Of a stretch of 64,000 nucleotides of DNA, positions 28,058 through 36,076 are shown piece after piece. Source of the DNA: Spirochaetia bacterium (GTDB taxonomy: Bacteria; Spirochaetota; UBA4802; UBA5550); assembly GCA_009885955.1 (NCBI GenBank), contig VFJS01000022.1, positions 51-64,050 on the forward strand, read 5' to 3'. Numbering within the stretch: the stretch's first letter is position 1; every line of letters begins with the position of its first letter. The notes below the pieces were generated by a model. It was not told the DNA's origin, ran no database searches, and saw only the letters and a list, made by a program, of their open reading frames with translations. The position numbers and the translations under genes were made by a program.

Positions 28058-28993
28058 ATGAACAGCTATACATCAGTACCAATAGAAACCATTGATTTCA
28101 CCGATACCTATTTTAACATAAGCAGGCATTGCAGCGATGATCGTTTGATCCGGTCTGTGGAAGATTTCGGGATACTTGTTCCTCCTGTTCTCCTGAAAAA
28201 AGGGAGCATGTTCAGGATAATTTCCGGACATAACAGGCTGCTTGCCATAAGGGAGCTGGGCAGTGCCAGTGTCCGCTCTGAAGTTTGTGATGATGTAACT
28301 GCGGATATGTTTATAAAGTTTTTTCTGCTTAAAAATTACAGGAATGAAATCGGGCCAATCGGCAGGATAAAATTCATTCATATACTTTCAGATTTTTTCA
28401 TGATGAAAAGTCCTATAGAATCGCCAGTATTAAAAAAAAGTCTTGGCATCCCTGCCGAAATTATATCTGACGCATTCATTATCCCTAAAATACTGGCATT
28501 GCCTGAATCATTAAGAAATTATCTGGATATGAATAATGTGAATTTCAGGATAATACGGGAATTATGCACAATGAGTTTGGCAGGCGCAGAATTGCTTGAT
28601 CAGTGGGTGAAATCGGGGCTCGTCAGGCAGAATATTTTCAAAAAAATATGCGATATGTATTATGATATCCTTTCACGCGATGGCGGCAGTGATGTTCTTG
28701 CTGACATCCAAGTGAAGTCCTTTGATGAAAAAAGGAGGTATGATGAGTCGCTTTTCAATGAGATATTCAGAATAAGATATCCTGAATATTCAGCCCTATG
28801 GAGAAGGGCCGGAGAAATTATGGACAGGGTCAATAATGATAAAATCAGGGTTAGTGTCCCGGAATATTTCGAGGGTGAGTGCCTGGAACTTGCTATAAGA
28901 ATCAGAAGAGATGAGGATCTTTTGTTATTGGAGAAGAGGGTAGATGAGCTGCTGTCCGGGGAATACCTGCCGCAGCTCCTCAATATGATTTGA
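28058..28993 (+). CDS. ParB N-terminal-domain (ParB/Srx fold) protein
   Basis: Starts 6 nt after the previous stop. The N-terminus matches the ParB-like nuclease domain pattern (VPIETIDF...LIRSVEDFGILVPPVLLKKGSMFRIISGHNRLLAIRELG). The remaining roughly 200 aa are not recognised. Confidence 0.65.
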   Translation: MNSYTSVPIETIDFTDTYFNISRHCSDDRLIRSVEDFGILVPPVLLKKGSMFRIISGHNRLLAIRELGSASVRSEVCDDVTADMFIKFFLLKNYRNEIGPIGRIKFIHILSDFFMMKSPIESPVLKKSLGIPAEIISDAFIIPKILALPESLRNYLDMNNVNFRIIRELCTMSLAGAELLDQWVKSGLVRQNIFKKICDMYYDILSRDGGSDVLADIQVKSFDEKRRYDESLFNEIFRIRYPEYSALWRRAGEIMDRVNNDKIRVSVPEYFEGECLELAIRIRRDEDLLLLEKRVDELLSGEYLPQLLNMI

Positions 28994-29015
28994 CCGCTGT
29001 GAGACAATCAGGATT

Positions 29016-29822
29016 TCAGGGCCACGGTTTCCAGTCGCCCCAGTTCCTGTAATACTCCCTGAATGCCGGAACCTCTTCCTGCCTGGACTCAATCATTTTT
29101 TTTGCCGCCTCAACAATATCATGTTCCCTGGCGACTGATATATCTCCGGTCATCACCCTGGTTCTCAGGAAAACAAAATAGGTATCAAGCACATCCTGGA
29201 TGCAGTATTCATTTATTTCCTTATTCATTCCCTTGAGGTTCATTTCATAGACGTCCTCACCCTTGGTTGTCCCTTTGCCCGGTTTGCCGATTATTTTTGC
29301 CAGGAGGTTGAGCCCCCCGTTCATTTTTATTGATCCGTAATTGGAGAGCCAGTCCTGGAGATCGATATGCTTATCGCTGAACCTGTTCCTGCCGGCATAT
29401 TTATCCTTGAAGTGCCTTTTTGCCTTTTGCCCGTACCTGTATGCCATCAGTTCCATCAGCGGTATATCGAATCCCCTTCCGTTGAAAGTTACGATTACTG
29501 AATTTTTGTAAAGGTTTTCTATGCCGTGCCAGAATAATCTGGTCATTTCAGAGGCCCTGAAGAGGGGTTCATCGAGCGATACTATTTCCTGTATGGTGAA
29601 ATCTTCCAGTATTTTTGCGATGCATACAGAAACTGGATACTGGAATGTGACCGGTATGAATGTTGATTTACCGTTTGTTGATTCCAGAATCTCTTCCTGA
29701 AATTTTAGTACAGCTGTATTTTCGTCTATATCATCGCCGGGAAATTTGACGGATTTTATGAGCCTTGAATCCGGAACCGATTCCACATCAATGACTAAAT
29801 ATTTGATCTCTTCATAATTCAT
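29016..29822 (-). CDS. Predicted 3'-5' exonuclease related to the PolB exonuclease domain (RNase H-like fold)
   Basis: DEDDy-like motifs are present: YLVIDVES (ExoI), VTFNGRGFDIPL (ExoII) and YCIQDVLDTYFVFL (ExoIII). Start moved to the ATG at 29822 (MNYEEIKYLVIDVES). Confidence 0.7.
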   Translation of the reverse strand: MNYEEIKYLVIDVESVPDSRLIKSVKFPGDDIDENTAVLKFQEEILESTNGKSTFIPVTFQYPVSVCIAKILEDFTIQEIVSLDEPLFRASEMTRLFWHGIENLYKNSVIVTFNGRGFDIPLMELMAYRYGQKAKRHFKDKYAGRNRFSDKHIDLQDWLSNYGSIKMNGGLNLLAKIIGKPGKGTTKGEDVYEMNLKGMNKEINEYCIQDVLDTYFVFLRTRVMTGDISVAREHDIVEAAKKMIESRQEEVPAFREYYRNWGDWKPWP

Positions 29823-29836
29823 TGCCAACCTCAAAT

Positions 29837-29871
29837 AAAAAGCATGTTACTGAAAAGGTAACATGCTTTTT
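29837..29871. terminator. Perfect 14-bp hairpin with flanking A/T runs (bidirectional terminator-like)
   Basis: aaaaagcatgttac / loop tgaaaag / gtaacatgcttttt. It lies between the minus-strand HEAT gene and the exonuclease gene. Confidence 0.6.
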
Positions 29872-29904
29872 CACCTTGATTTACCTTAATGTATCGCGGA
29901 AAGT

Positions 29905-30351
29905 TTATTTTTTTGCTTTCTCTTCCATTTTTTTTAGAATGTCTTTTATGTAGGGGTCGGTCTCTTTTTCCTTCGACTTCTGCCATGCATCTATCGATTT
30001 TTTGGAGCCTATCCTGAAAGAAGAGAGAATAGCGGCATATCTTACATTGGTGCTGGCATCATTAACCAGGAGATTGTTTACTGTCTCAACCGAATTTTCG
30101 TCACGGATATATCCCAGCGCCATTACTGCATGGAGCCTAACATTTTCCCTGCTGTCTTTGCAAAGCTCAACCAGTTTTTGAACTGCATCCTTCTCTTTTG
30201 CATTGCCGAGCCAGTCAGCTGCAGCCACAATCAGCTTTTCATCTGCCGAGGCCAGATCACCGATATAATCCTTAGCATTTTTCTGTTTTTCCTGCCCGTA
30301 AAGTCCAACTGATAATATTATTGCCGTTAAGGTAAGAATTATTTTTTTCAT
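29905..30351 (-). CDS. Secreted HEAT-repeat protein
   Basis: Signal peptide (MKKIILTLTAIILSVGLYG). HEAT/PBS-lyase-type repeats (AADWLGNAKEKDAVQKLVELCKDSRENVRLHAVMALGYI, NVRYAAILSSFRIG). Confidence 0.7.
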   Translation of the reverse strand: MKKIILTLTAIILSVGLYGQEKQKNAKDYIGDLASADEKLIVAAADWLGNAKEKDAVQKLVELCKDSRENVRLHAVMALGYIRDENSVETVNNLLVNDASTNVRYAAILSSFRIGSKKSIDAWQKSKEKETDPYIKDILKKMEEKAKK

Positions 30352-30809
30352 ATTTTTCTCCTTGTTTTAAGAAAGTATTTTTTATCAATAAATCATGTCA
30401 TTCGGGGGGGGTGATTTTCCCCAAAATTTGCGACATGAAGTGAACTGCCTGTTTCAGTTATTCGATGTTCCCTTATGTTAAAATGATAATTAATGATAAT
30501 AAATAACTTATGATTCGTTATGTAATCTTTTTTATCATATATACCAAATTATGTCAATTATTTTATAAAAAAACAGATAAAACCCAATACTACATTAAAA
30601 AATGCCATGGTGAAACTGAACAAAATAGATTCAAATTATAGATTATATGGGGATAAATACTGATTTTTTCTTTTTTTTGAGTCTTCATAAGAATCTCCTG
30701 ATTTAATTATTCGAGGATCCAATAATAAAATTCTTTACATAATTATATGATAAGGATTTTTATTGATTTTTGATTTATTACTTTCTATAATTAATATTGA
30801 GGACACTTT

Positions 30810-32255
30810 ATGAAAGAACAGACCGGATCTTCTGAAAATAATGAATTTGCCGATATGCTCGAGGAGTCAATATCAAATGCATATGAATTTCAGCCGGGCG
30901 ACAGGGTAAATGGTACGGTTGTTTATTTCAGCAATGAATATATTTTTATTGATATTTCCGGGAAGAGCGAAGCAATAATTGACGCTTCTGAATTCAGGGA
31001 CAAAAAGGGGAACATGACAATAAAGGCGGGAGATCCCGTTGTTGCCTTTGTCGTCAGTACAAGAGGGGATGAAAAGAGGCTCTCATCAAAAATCGGCAGA
31101 GGCTTTATCAGCCCTGAAATCCTCCAGATAGCCTATGATCATTCTCTTCCTGTTTACGGTATCCCGGGAAAATTCCAGAAGGGGGGGTATACGGTTTCCG
31201 TCTCCTCAATAGAATGTTTCTGCCCTTTGTCCCAGATCGATATCAAGGTCCCGGCAGACAGGGATATCTACCTCAACAAGGAATACCAGTTTAAAATCAT
31301 CGAATATAAAGAAGGGGGCAGAAACATTATAGTATCGAGAAAAGCCCTCCTTGAAACTGACAGGAAGGTCAAGGTTGAGAGATTCAAAAATGAACTCAAA
31401 CCCGGCGACATTGTGAAAGGAAGGATTATTACAATTCATGACTTCGGCATTTTTGTAAAGATCGATGACACGCTTGAGGCCCTTGTTCCCAGGTCTGAGA
31501 TTTCATGGGCCAGGAATTCTGGCCTTGAAGCCTATACCCCCGGGCTCGAGGTCGAGGCAATAGTTCTGGCGCTGGACTGGGAAAAGGAAAAAATAACCCT
31601 GAGCATAAAACAGAACAGCCCCAATCCCATAGACTCTTTAGAAAAATACAGGGAAGGTGAAACATACAACGGCAGGGTCGTGAACATGATAAAGGCAGGG
31701 GCTTTCATTGAACTGGAGCCCGGCATCGAGGGCTTTCTCCATGTTTCCAGGATGAGCAGGTCCAGGAGAGTTGCTTCCCCCGGTGACATCCTGGCTGCAG
31801 GGGACCCGGTGAACGTCAAGGTGAGCAGCATTGACCTTGTGAAGAAACAGATTTCCCTGGAGCTGGTGACCGGTGAACCGGACCCATGGCTCCTGCCTGC
31901 CGAAGCGCTCATGGAAACTGTGCATAAAGGAATTATCGAAATAAGCCAGCATAATGGAATCAATGTAAGGCTGGAAAATGGTATGATCGGTTTTGTCCCG
32001 AAGAAGGAACTGTTGAAACAGTCCGGGGATATTCAGAGCGGTTATCCGTCGGGAAAGGAGATTTCGGTCATCATAATCCAGATAAAGAAGGAGACGAAAG
32101 GGCTCATCCTGAGTGAATCCGGGGCGTCTTCACAGATTGACAGAAAGGAGTATGAAAAGTACCAGGGCATCACAACCGGTTCCGCTTCAGCTACACTGGG
32201 AGATCAGCTGAAGAACAAATTCATTGATATACAGAAAAAGATGACGAGAGATTAA
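30810..32255 (+). CDS. Multi-S1-domain RNA-binding protein (ribosomal protein S1-like)
   Basis: The N-terminus parallels S1 (FADMLEES...PGDRVNGTVV...IFIDISGKSEAIIDASEF). There are several further S1/OB repeats (GDIVKGRIITIHDFGIFVKI, GETYNGRVVNMIKAGAFIEL, GIIEISQHNGINVRL). At 481 aa it is shorter than typical RpsA. Confidence 0.8.
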   Translation: MKEQTGSSENNEFADMLEESISNAYEFQPGDRVNGTVVYFSNEYIFIDISGKSEAIIDASEFRDKKGNMTIKAGDPVVAFVVSTRGDEKRLSSKIGRGFISPEILQIAYDHSLPVYGIPGKFQKGGYTVSVSSIECFCPLSQIDIKVPADRDIYLNKEYQFKIIEYKEGGRNIIVSRKALLETDRKVKVERFKNELKPGDIVKGRIITIHDFGIFVKIDDTLEALVPRSEISWARNSGLEAYTPGLEVEAIVLALDWEKEKITLSIKQNSPNPIDSLEKYREGETYNGRVVNMIKAGAFIELEPGIEGFLHVSRMSRSRRVASPGDILAAGDPVNVKVSSIDLVKKQISLELVTGEPDPWLLPAEALMETVHKGIIEISQHNGINVRLENGMIGFVPKKELLKQSGDIQSGYPSGKEISVIIIQIKKETKGLILSESGASSQIDRKEYEKYQGITTGSASATLGDQLKNKFIDIQKKMTRD

Positions 32256-32596
32256 TGATAAGGCTGAAAAACGGTAAAGTAGTTGAGTATGATGAGAATT
32301 TTGATCTCTTTTTCAAGAATCTTCTGGATTCGATTATTGCAGAGTCCCGTAAATCCATGAAGACCCATGGGGCAGGTGAAACCGGCACTGAAACAAAAAA
32401 TGAAATTTTATTAAAGGAAATCATGGACAACTGCATCTATGTGACCCAGCAGCTCTTTGATATTGCGAAAACGAATGAGAATCTTTCCAAGTTCATGGTA
32501 ACAGGCTTCATCTTTAACAGTATTATCTATACTATAACCTATGCCGGCAGTAAAGACACCCCGAAAGTTCAAAAGAAGGGAGAAGTTATACATTAA
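32255..32596 (+). CDS. Hypothetical protein (113 aa), start overlaps the S1 gene stop (TAATG)
   Basis: ORF only. The translational-coupling geometry supports expression. No recognised motif. Confidence 0.4.
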   Translation: MIRLKNGKVVEYDENFDLFFKNLLDSIIAESRKSMKTHGAGETGTETKNEILLKEIMDNCIYVTQQLFDIAKTNENLSKFMVTGFIFNSIIYTITYAGSKDTPKVQKKGEVIH

Positions 32597-32612
32597 ACAG
32601 AGGAGCGGAGTT

Positions 32613-34502
32613 ATGGAAAATCAGATCAAGGTACTTCTACTCGATGCAGGCAGCGGTTTTTACAGGATCAAGCGGTATCCCATTGGTGAATTTTTCGGGC
32701 CTGTGGACATGGGGCTCCATCTTTCAAAAATACACAACAGCCTCAACATCGGCACGGGCCTATTGGCAGGCTCAATTTTCCCGGGCTCAAACCGGCTGAT
32801 ATTTACCGGCTTTTCCCCATGCTGGGGAGGTTTCTACATATCATCCATGGGAGGGGCCGGCCTTGTCTTTGATAATCTCGGCATTAACCTCCTGTCAATA
32901 ATCGGAAAATCATCGTCGCCCTCTATTCTCTATCTTAACAGGAGCCACGGCGAAGAGATTGAGCTTGAAATTGACCCCGTTGATATGAAAAAGATATGGG
33001 GAGAGGGGAGGAAAGGCATCTACTCCCTGATAGATTATACCTATGAAAAATATAAGGGCAGATATAAGAATGATCCCAGGGTCCTTGCGACCGGCCCTGC
33101 ATCGGAAATTTCCGATATCGGCGGCATAGCCTCGGTCCCTATTGTAAAAGGGGAGGTGACCTATGTGGATACCTGGGCCGGAAGGGGGGGATTCGGCACC
33201 AAGCTGCTCAGGGATCATGGCATCGTTGCCGTGATATATGGAGGCACCTTCATCGACGAGGACTTCCGCGACAGGAACGTGGCGGACAAGTGGTTTGAGG
33301 AAAAATACAAGCAGAAGCTTGCGGCAAAAGATTTTGAGGCTACCACAAAATACCGCTTTGACCCTAACTTCGATACCGGGGGGACCTTCGGTGTCAACTA
33401 TGCCACGGTAGGCGGGGGGCTTATCGCCTTTAATTACCGCTCAATATATTTTTCCGAGGCGGACCGCCTGAAAATCCACAAGGATTTTATCGCGGGTCAT
33501 TACCTGAAACAATTTAATGATGAGACCATAAAAACGAAACAGCAGAAGACCTGCGGTGAACCCTGTTCCGCGGTCTGCAAAAAGATGAACAATGAATATA
33601 AAAAAGATTATGAACCCTACCAGACATTAGGGCCGCTTTGCGGCATCTTTGACCAGCGCGCTGCAGAGCTCCTTAACCACCATGCCGACATGTACGGGTT
33701 TGATGCCATCTCTGTAGGCGGGATACTCTCATGGCTCATGGAGTGCCTTTCCGAAGGGCTCCTGACCCCCCAGGATCTTTCTGTCTCAGGTGTGCCGGTA
33801 TTTACGATGGAAAATTTCGATCTTGAAAAGGACTCCATGCGCAATGCCCGGATCGGCGTTGAGATTCTGGATTCAATTATCATGAAGAGGGGTATTCTCG
33901 ATTTTTTCAAGGGGCCGCGCAGGCTTGCCAGGTTTCTTGGAAAGACCAGGGACATGAAAATCAGGGATAAGTTCATGTATAACTCCTATGGAAGAAACGG
34001 CTGGATGGTGCCGAACCAGTACTGGACGCCTGGCGTACTGTCTCCCATGCCCATCATGGGGAAATATTACATGCACTACGGGACCGAGTTTGTGCCTCCC
34101 AGGGAGCTGGGGAAGAAGAATGCAGAGAGGCTATTCAAGGAGCTGATGCTCGATAATATGGGGATTTGCCGTTTTCATAGAAAATGGGCAGAGGAGATGG
34201 TGCCGGATATTATTGAATCTTTATACGGAATGAAGGATTCCTTCCTTGAATGCTTAAAAGGGACCGTAAACAGGATCCTGAGCCTCAATTCATCAATATT
34301 CTGGGAGGGGGATAGAAATATCGATTTTATTCACGCCTATTTAACAAGGCAGAGGGATGTGGAAAAAAACGATAATCCCCTGTTAAAAGAATGGATAGAA
34401 CAATTCGACAGTGACAGGAAAAAGGCTGCCTTCGATTACTGGTATGAGATACATAAGGGCATCCATGAGTCCCTCCTCATCTATACCGATGACAAGAATT
34501 GA
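32613..34502 (+). CDS. Aldehyde:ferredoxin oxidoreductase family (tungstopterin enzyme)
   Basis: AOR-type N-terminal domain (KVLLLDAGSGFYRIKRY...GPVDMGL...NRLIFTGFSP). A Cys cluster (CGEPCSAVC) and the C-terminal LDNMGICRFH motif are typical of the AOR family. Start set at ATG 32613, after GAGGAGCGGAG. Confidence 0.85.
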   Translation: MENQIKVLLLDAGSGFYRIKRYPIGEFFGPVDMGLHLSKIHNSLNIGTGLLAGSIFPGSNRLIFTGFSPCWGGFYISSMGGAGLVFDNLGINLLSIIGKSSSPSILYLNRSHGEEIELEIDPVDMKKIWGEGRKGIYSLIDYTYEKYKGRYKNDPRVLATGPASEISDIGGIASVPIVKGEVTYVDTWAGRGGFGTKLLRDHGIVAVIYGGTFIDEDFRDRNVADKWFEEKYKQKLAAKDFEATTKYRFDPNFDTGGTFGVNYATVGGGLIAFNYRSIYFSEADRLKIHKDFIAGHYLKQFNDETIKTKQQKTCGEPCSAVCKKMNNEYKKDYEPYQTLGPLCGIFDQRAAELLNHHADMYGFDAISVGGILSWLMECLSEGLLTPQDLSVSGVPVFTMENFDLEKDSMRNARIGVEILDSIIMKRGILDFFKGPRRLARFLGKTRDMKIRDKFMYNSYGRNGWMVPNQYWTPGVLSPMPIMGKYYMHYGTEFVPPRELGKKNAERLFKELMLDNMGICRFHRKWAEEMVPDIIESLYGMKDSFLECLKGTVNRILSLNSSIFWEGDRNIDFIHAYLTRQRDVEKNDNPLLKEWIEQFDSDRKKAAFDYWYEIHKGIHESLLIYTDDKN

Positions 34503-34612
34503 GGCAATGCCGGTAAAAATTCCAGAGGAGAAGGAACAGCCGGCCAGATGAAATTAATAGCAGACAGGCATTTAATAAAAACAATCAGGCTCCTGATTGA
34601 AAGGGTGCATGT

Positions 34613-35458
34613 ATGAAAAGAGTACTTGGAATTATTGCCTCACCGAGAAAGCTTGGTAACTGCGAAGTGTTCATCAAGGAGATCGGGAGGAATATTCCAC
34701 AGGAGCATGAGCTCAAACTTCTCAGGATCCATGATTTCAACCTCCAGGAGTGCCGGGGCTGTTATCAGTGCCTTTATGGAGAAAAATGCGTTATACGCGA
34801 TGATATAAAGATTATTCTCGATGCCATGTCAGAGGCCGATGCCATTATCCTTGCTGCTCCGACATATTTTCTCGGCCCCAATTCTTCATTGAAAAACCTT
34901 CTGGACAGGGGACTCAATTTTTACCGGATACAGGAGAGCCTGTATCGAATGCCGTCCATCGGTATAGCAATGGCCGGGATTGAAGGGAAGGAGGGCTACA
35001 CGCTCCTCGGGGTCAACAGTTTTTTAAAAATTATCATGAGCGATATTAAAATGAGCAGAGTTGTATATTCCGCTCTCCCTGGAGAAGTTCTCCTCTCGGA
35101 AAGCAACAGGGCTCTGGCAGGGGAGATGGGGAAGGCGCTCTTCGGACAGGGGAGTGTGAATCATGGGCCTGCCTGTCCCCTGTGCGGAGGAGACTCCTTC
35201 CGTTTCATTGATGCAAACATGGCCCTTTGCCTCCTGTGCAGCAGCAGGGGGAGCTACAGGATGAATAACGGGGTACTCGCCTTTGATATCGTCAGGGGGG
35301 AGCATAATTTATTTCTCTCCAGGGATGACGCAGTAAAGCATGGAGAGTGGCTCAGGATGATGAAGCAGCGTTTTATCAATCAGATATCGAGTTTAAAACA
35401 GGTGCGTGAAGATAATAAAGACGGGGACTGGATAAAGCCGCCCCCTCCAATCAAGTAG
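34613..35458 (+). CDS. Iron-sulfur flavoprotein-like NADPH-dependent FMN reductase with C-terminal Cys4 ribbon
   Basis: Flavodoxin-like start (VLGIIASPRKLGNCE). A compact CX2CX2CX5C cluster motif (CRGCYQCLYGEKC). A C-terminal CPLCGG...CLLCSS pair of CxxC. Confidence 0.7.
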   Translation: MKRVLGIIASPRKLGNCEVFIKEIGRNIPQEHELKLLRIHDFNLQECRGCYQCLYGEKCVIRDDIKIILDAMSEADAIILAAPTYFLGPNSSLKNLLDRGLNFYRIQESLYRMPSIGIAMAGIEGKEGYTLLGVNSFLKIIMSDIKMSRVVYSALPGEVLLSESNRALAGEMGKALFGQGSVNHGPACPLCGGDSFRFIDANMALCLLCSSRGSYRMNNGVLAFDIVRGEHNLFLSRDDAVKHGEWLRMMKQRFINQISSLKQVREDNKDGDWIKPPPPIK

Positions 35459-35471
35459 GGGATGTGTTTTG

Positions 35472-36026
35472 ATGAACAGATTTCTTGGTTTCCTGGGAAA
35501 AATTGTTTACCGGTTGAGGGGCTGGACCTATGACGGGATTCCTGAATACTGGTCAGCAAAGCAGGTGGTCATCGGATTCCCGCATACGTCGCTCATGGAT
35601 ACGGTAATGGCCTTTGCCTACATAAAAATTGCAGGAGTCAGGGCAAAACTCCTCATTAAGGCCGAGATGTTTGTCTGGCCCCTTTCGATCCTGTTAGAGG
35701 GGCTTGGAGGAATTCCGGTGAAGAGGGACAGGTCCGGGGGGGTTGTTGATACGATTGTAGAGGAATTCAAAGAAAGGGATGAGATGACCCTTGCAATGGT
35801 TCCCGAGGGGACACGGAAAAAGGTCACAAGGATTCGCACGGGTTTCTGGTTTATCGCTCGGGGGGCCAATGTCCCAATCGTATGCTGGTATCTGGATAAT
35901 GAAAGGAAGAGGACACTGTGGATTGGAAGTTTTATGCCCGGGGAAAACCTGGAGGAAGATCTACGGAAGTTAAGAAAAATATACGGAGATGCGGGCTATA
36001 CTATCCCGAATGAATCAGGGAGATGA
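35472..36026 (+). CDS. Lysophospholipid (PlsC-family) acyltransferase
   Basis: HX4D motif (FPHTSLMD) and VPEGTRKK motif. About 184 aa. Confidence 0.6.
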   Translation: MNRFLGFLGKIVYRLRGWTYDGIPEYWSAKQVVIGFPHTSLMDTVMAFAYIKIAGVRAKLLIKAEMFVWPLSILLEGLGGIPVKRDRSGGVVDTIVEEFKERDEMTLAMVPEGTRKKVTRIRTGFWFIARGANVPIVCWYLDNERKRTLWIGSFMPGENLEEDLRKLRKIYGDAGYTIPNESGR

Positions 36027-36076
36027 TATGAAATGGCCCGGTTCAGATATGATACATCAGGCTGCCTGCCGGTTAT

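Noticed and set aside
30352-30809. 458-nt AT-rich divergent intergenic region upstream of the S1-like gene; checked for RNA genes, repeats and riboswitches
   Set aside because: No cloverleaf, no repeat units and no recognisable riboswitch core. It most likely holds divergent promoters only.
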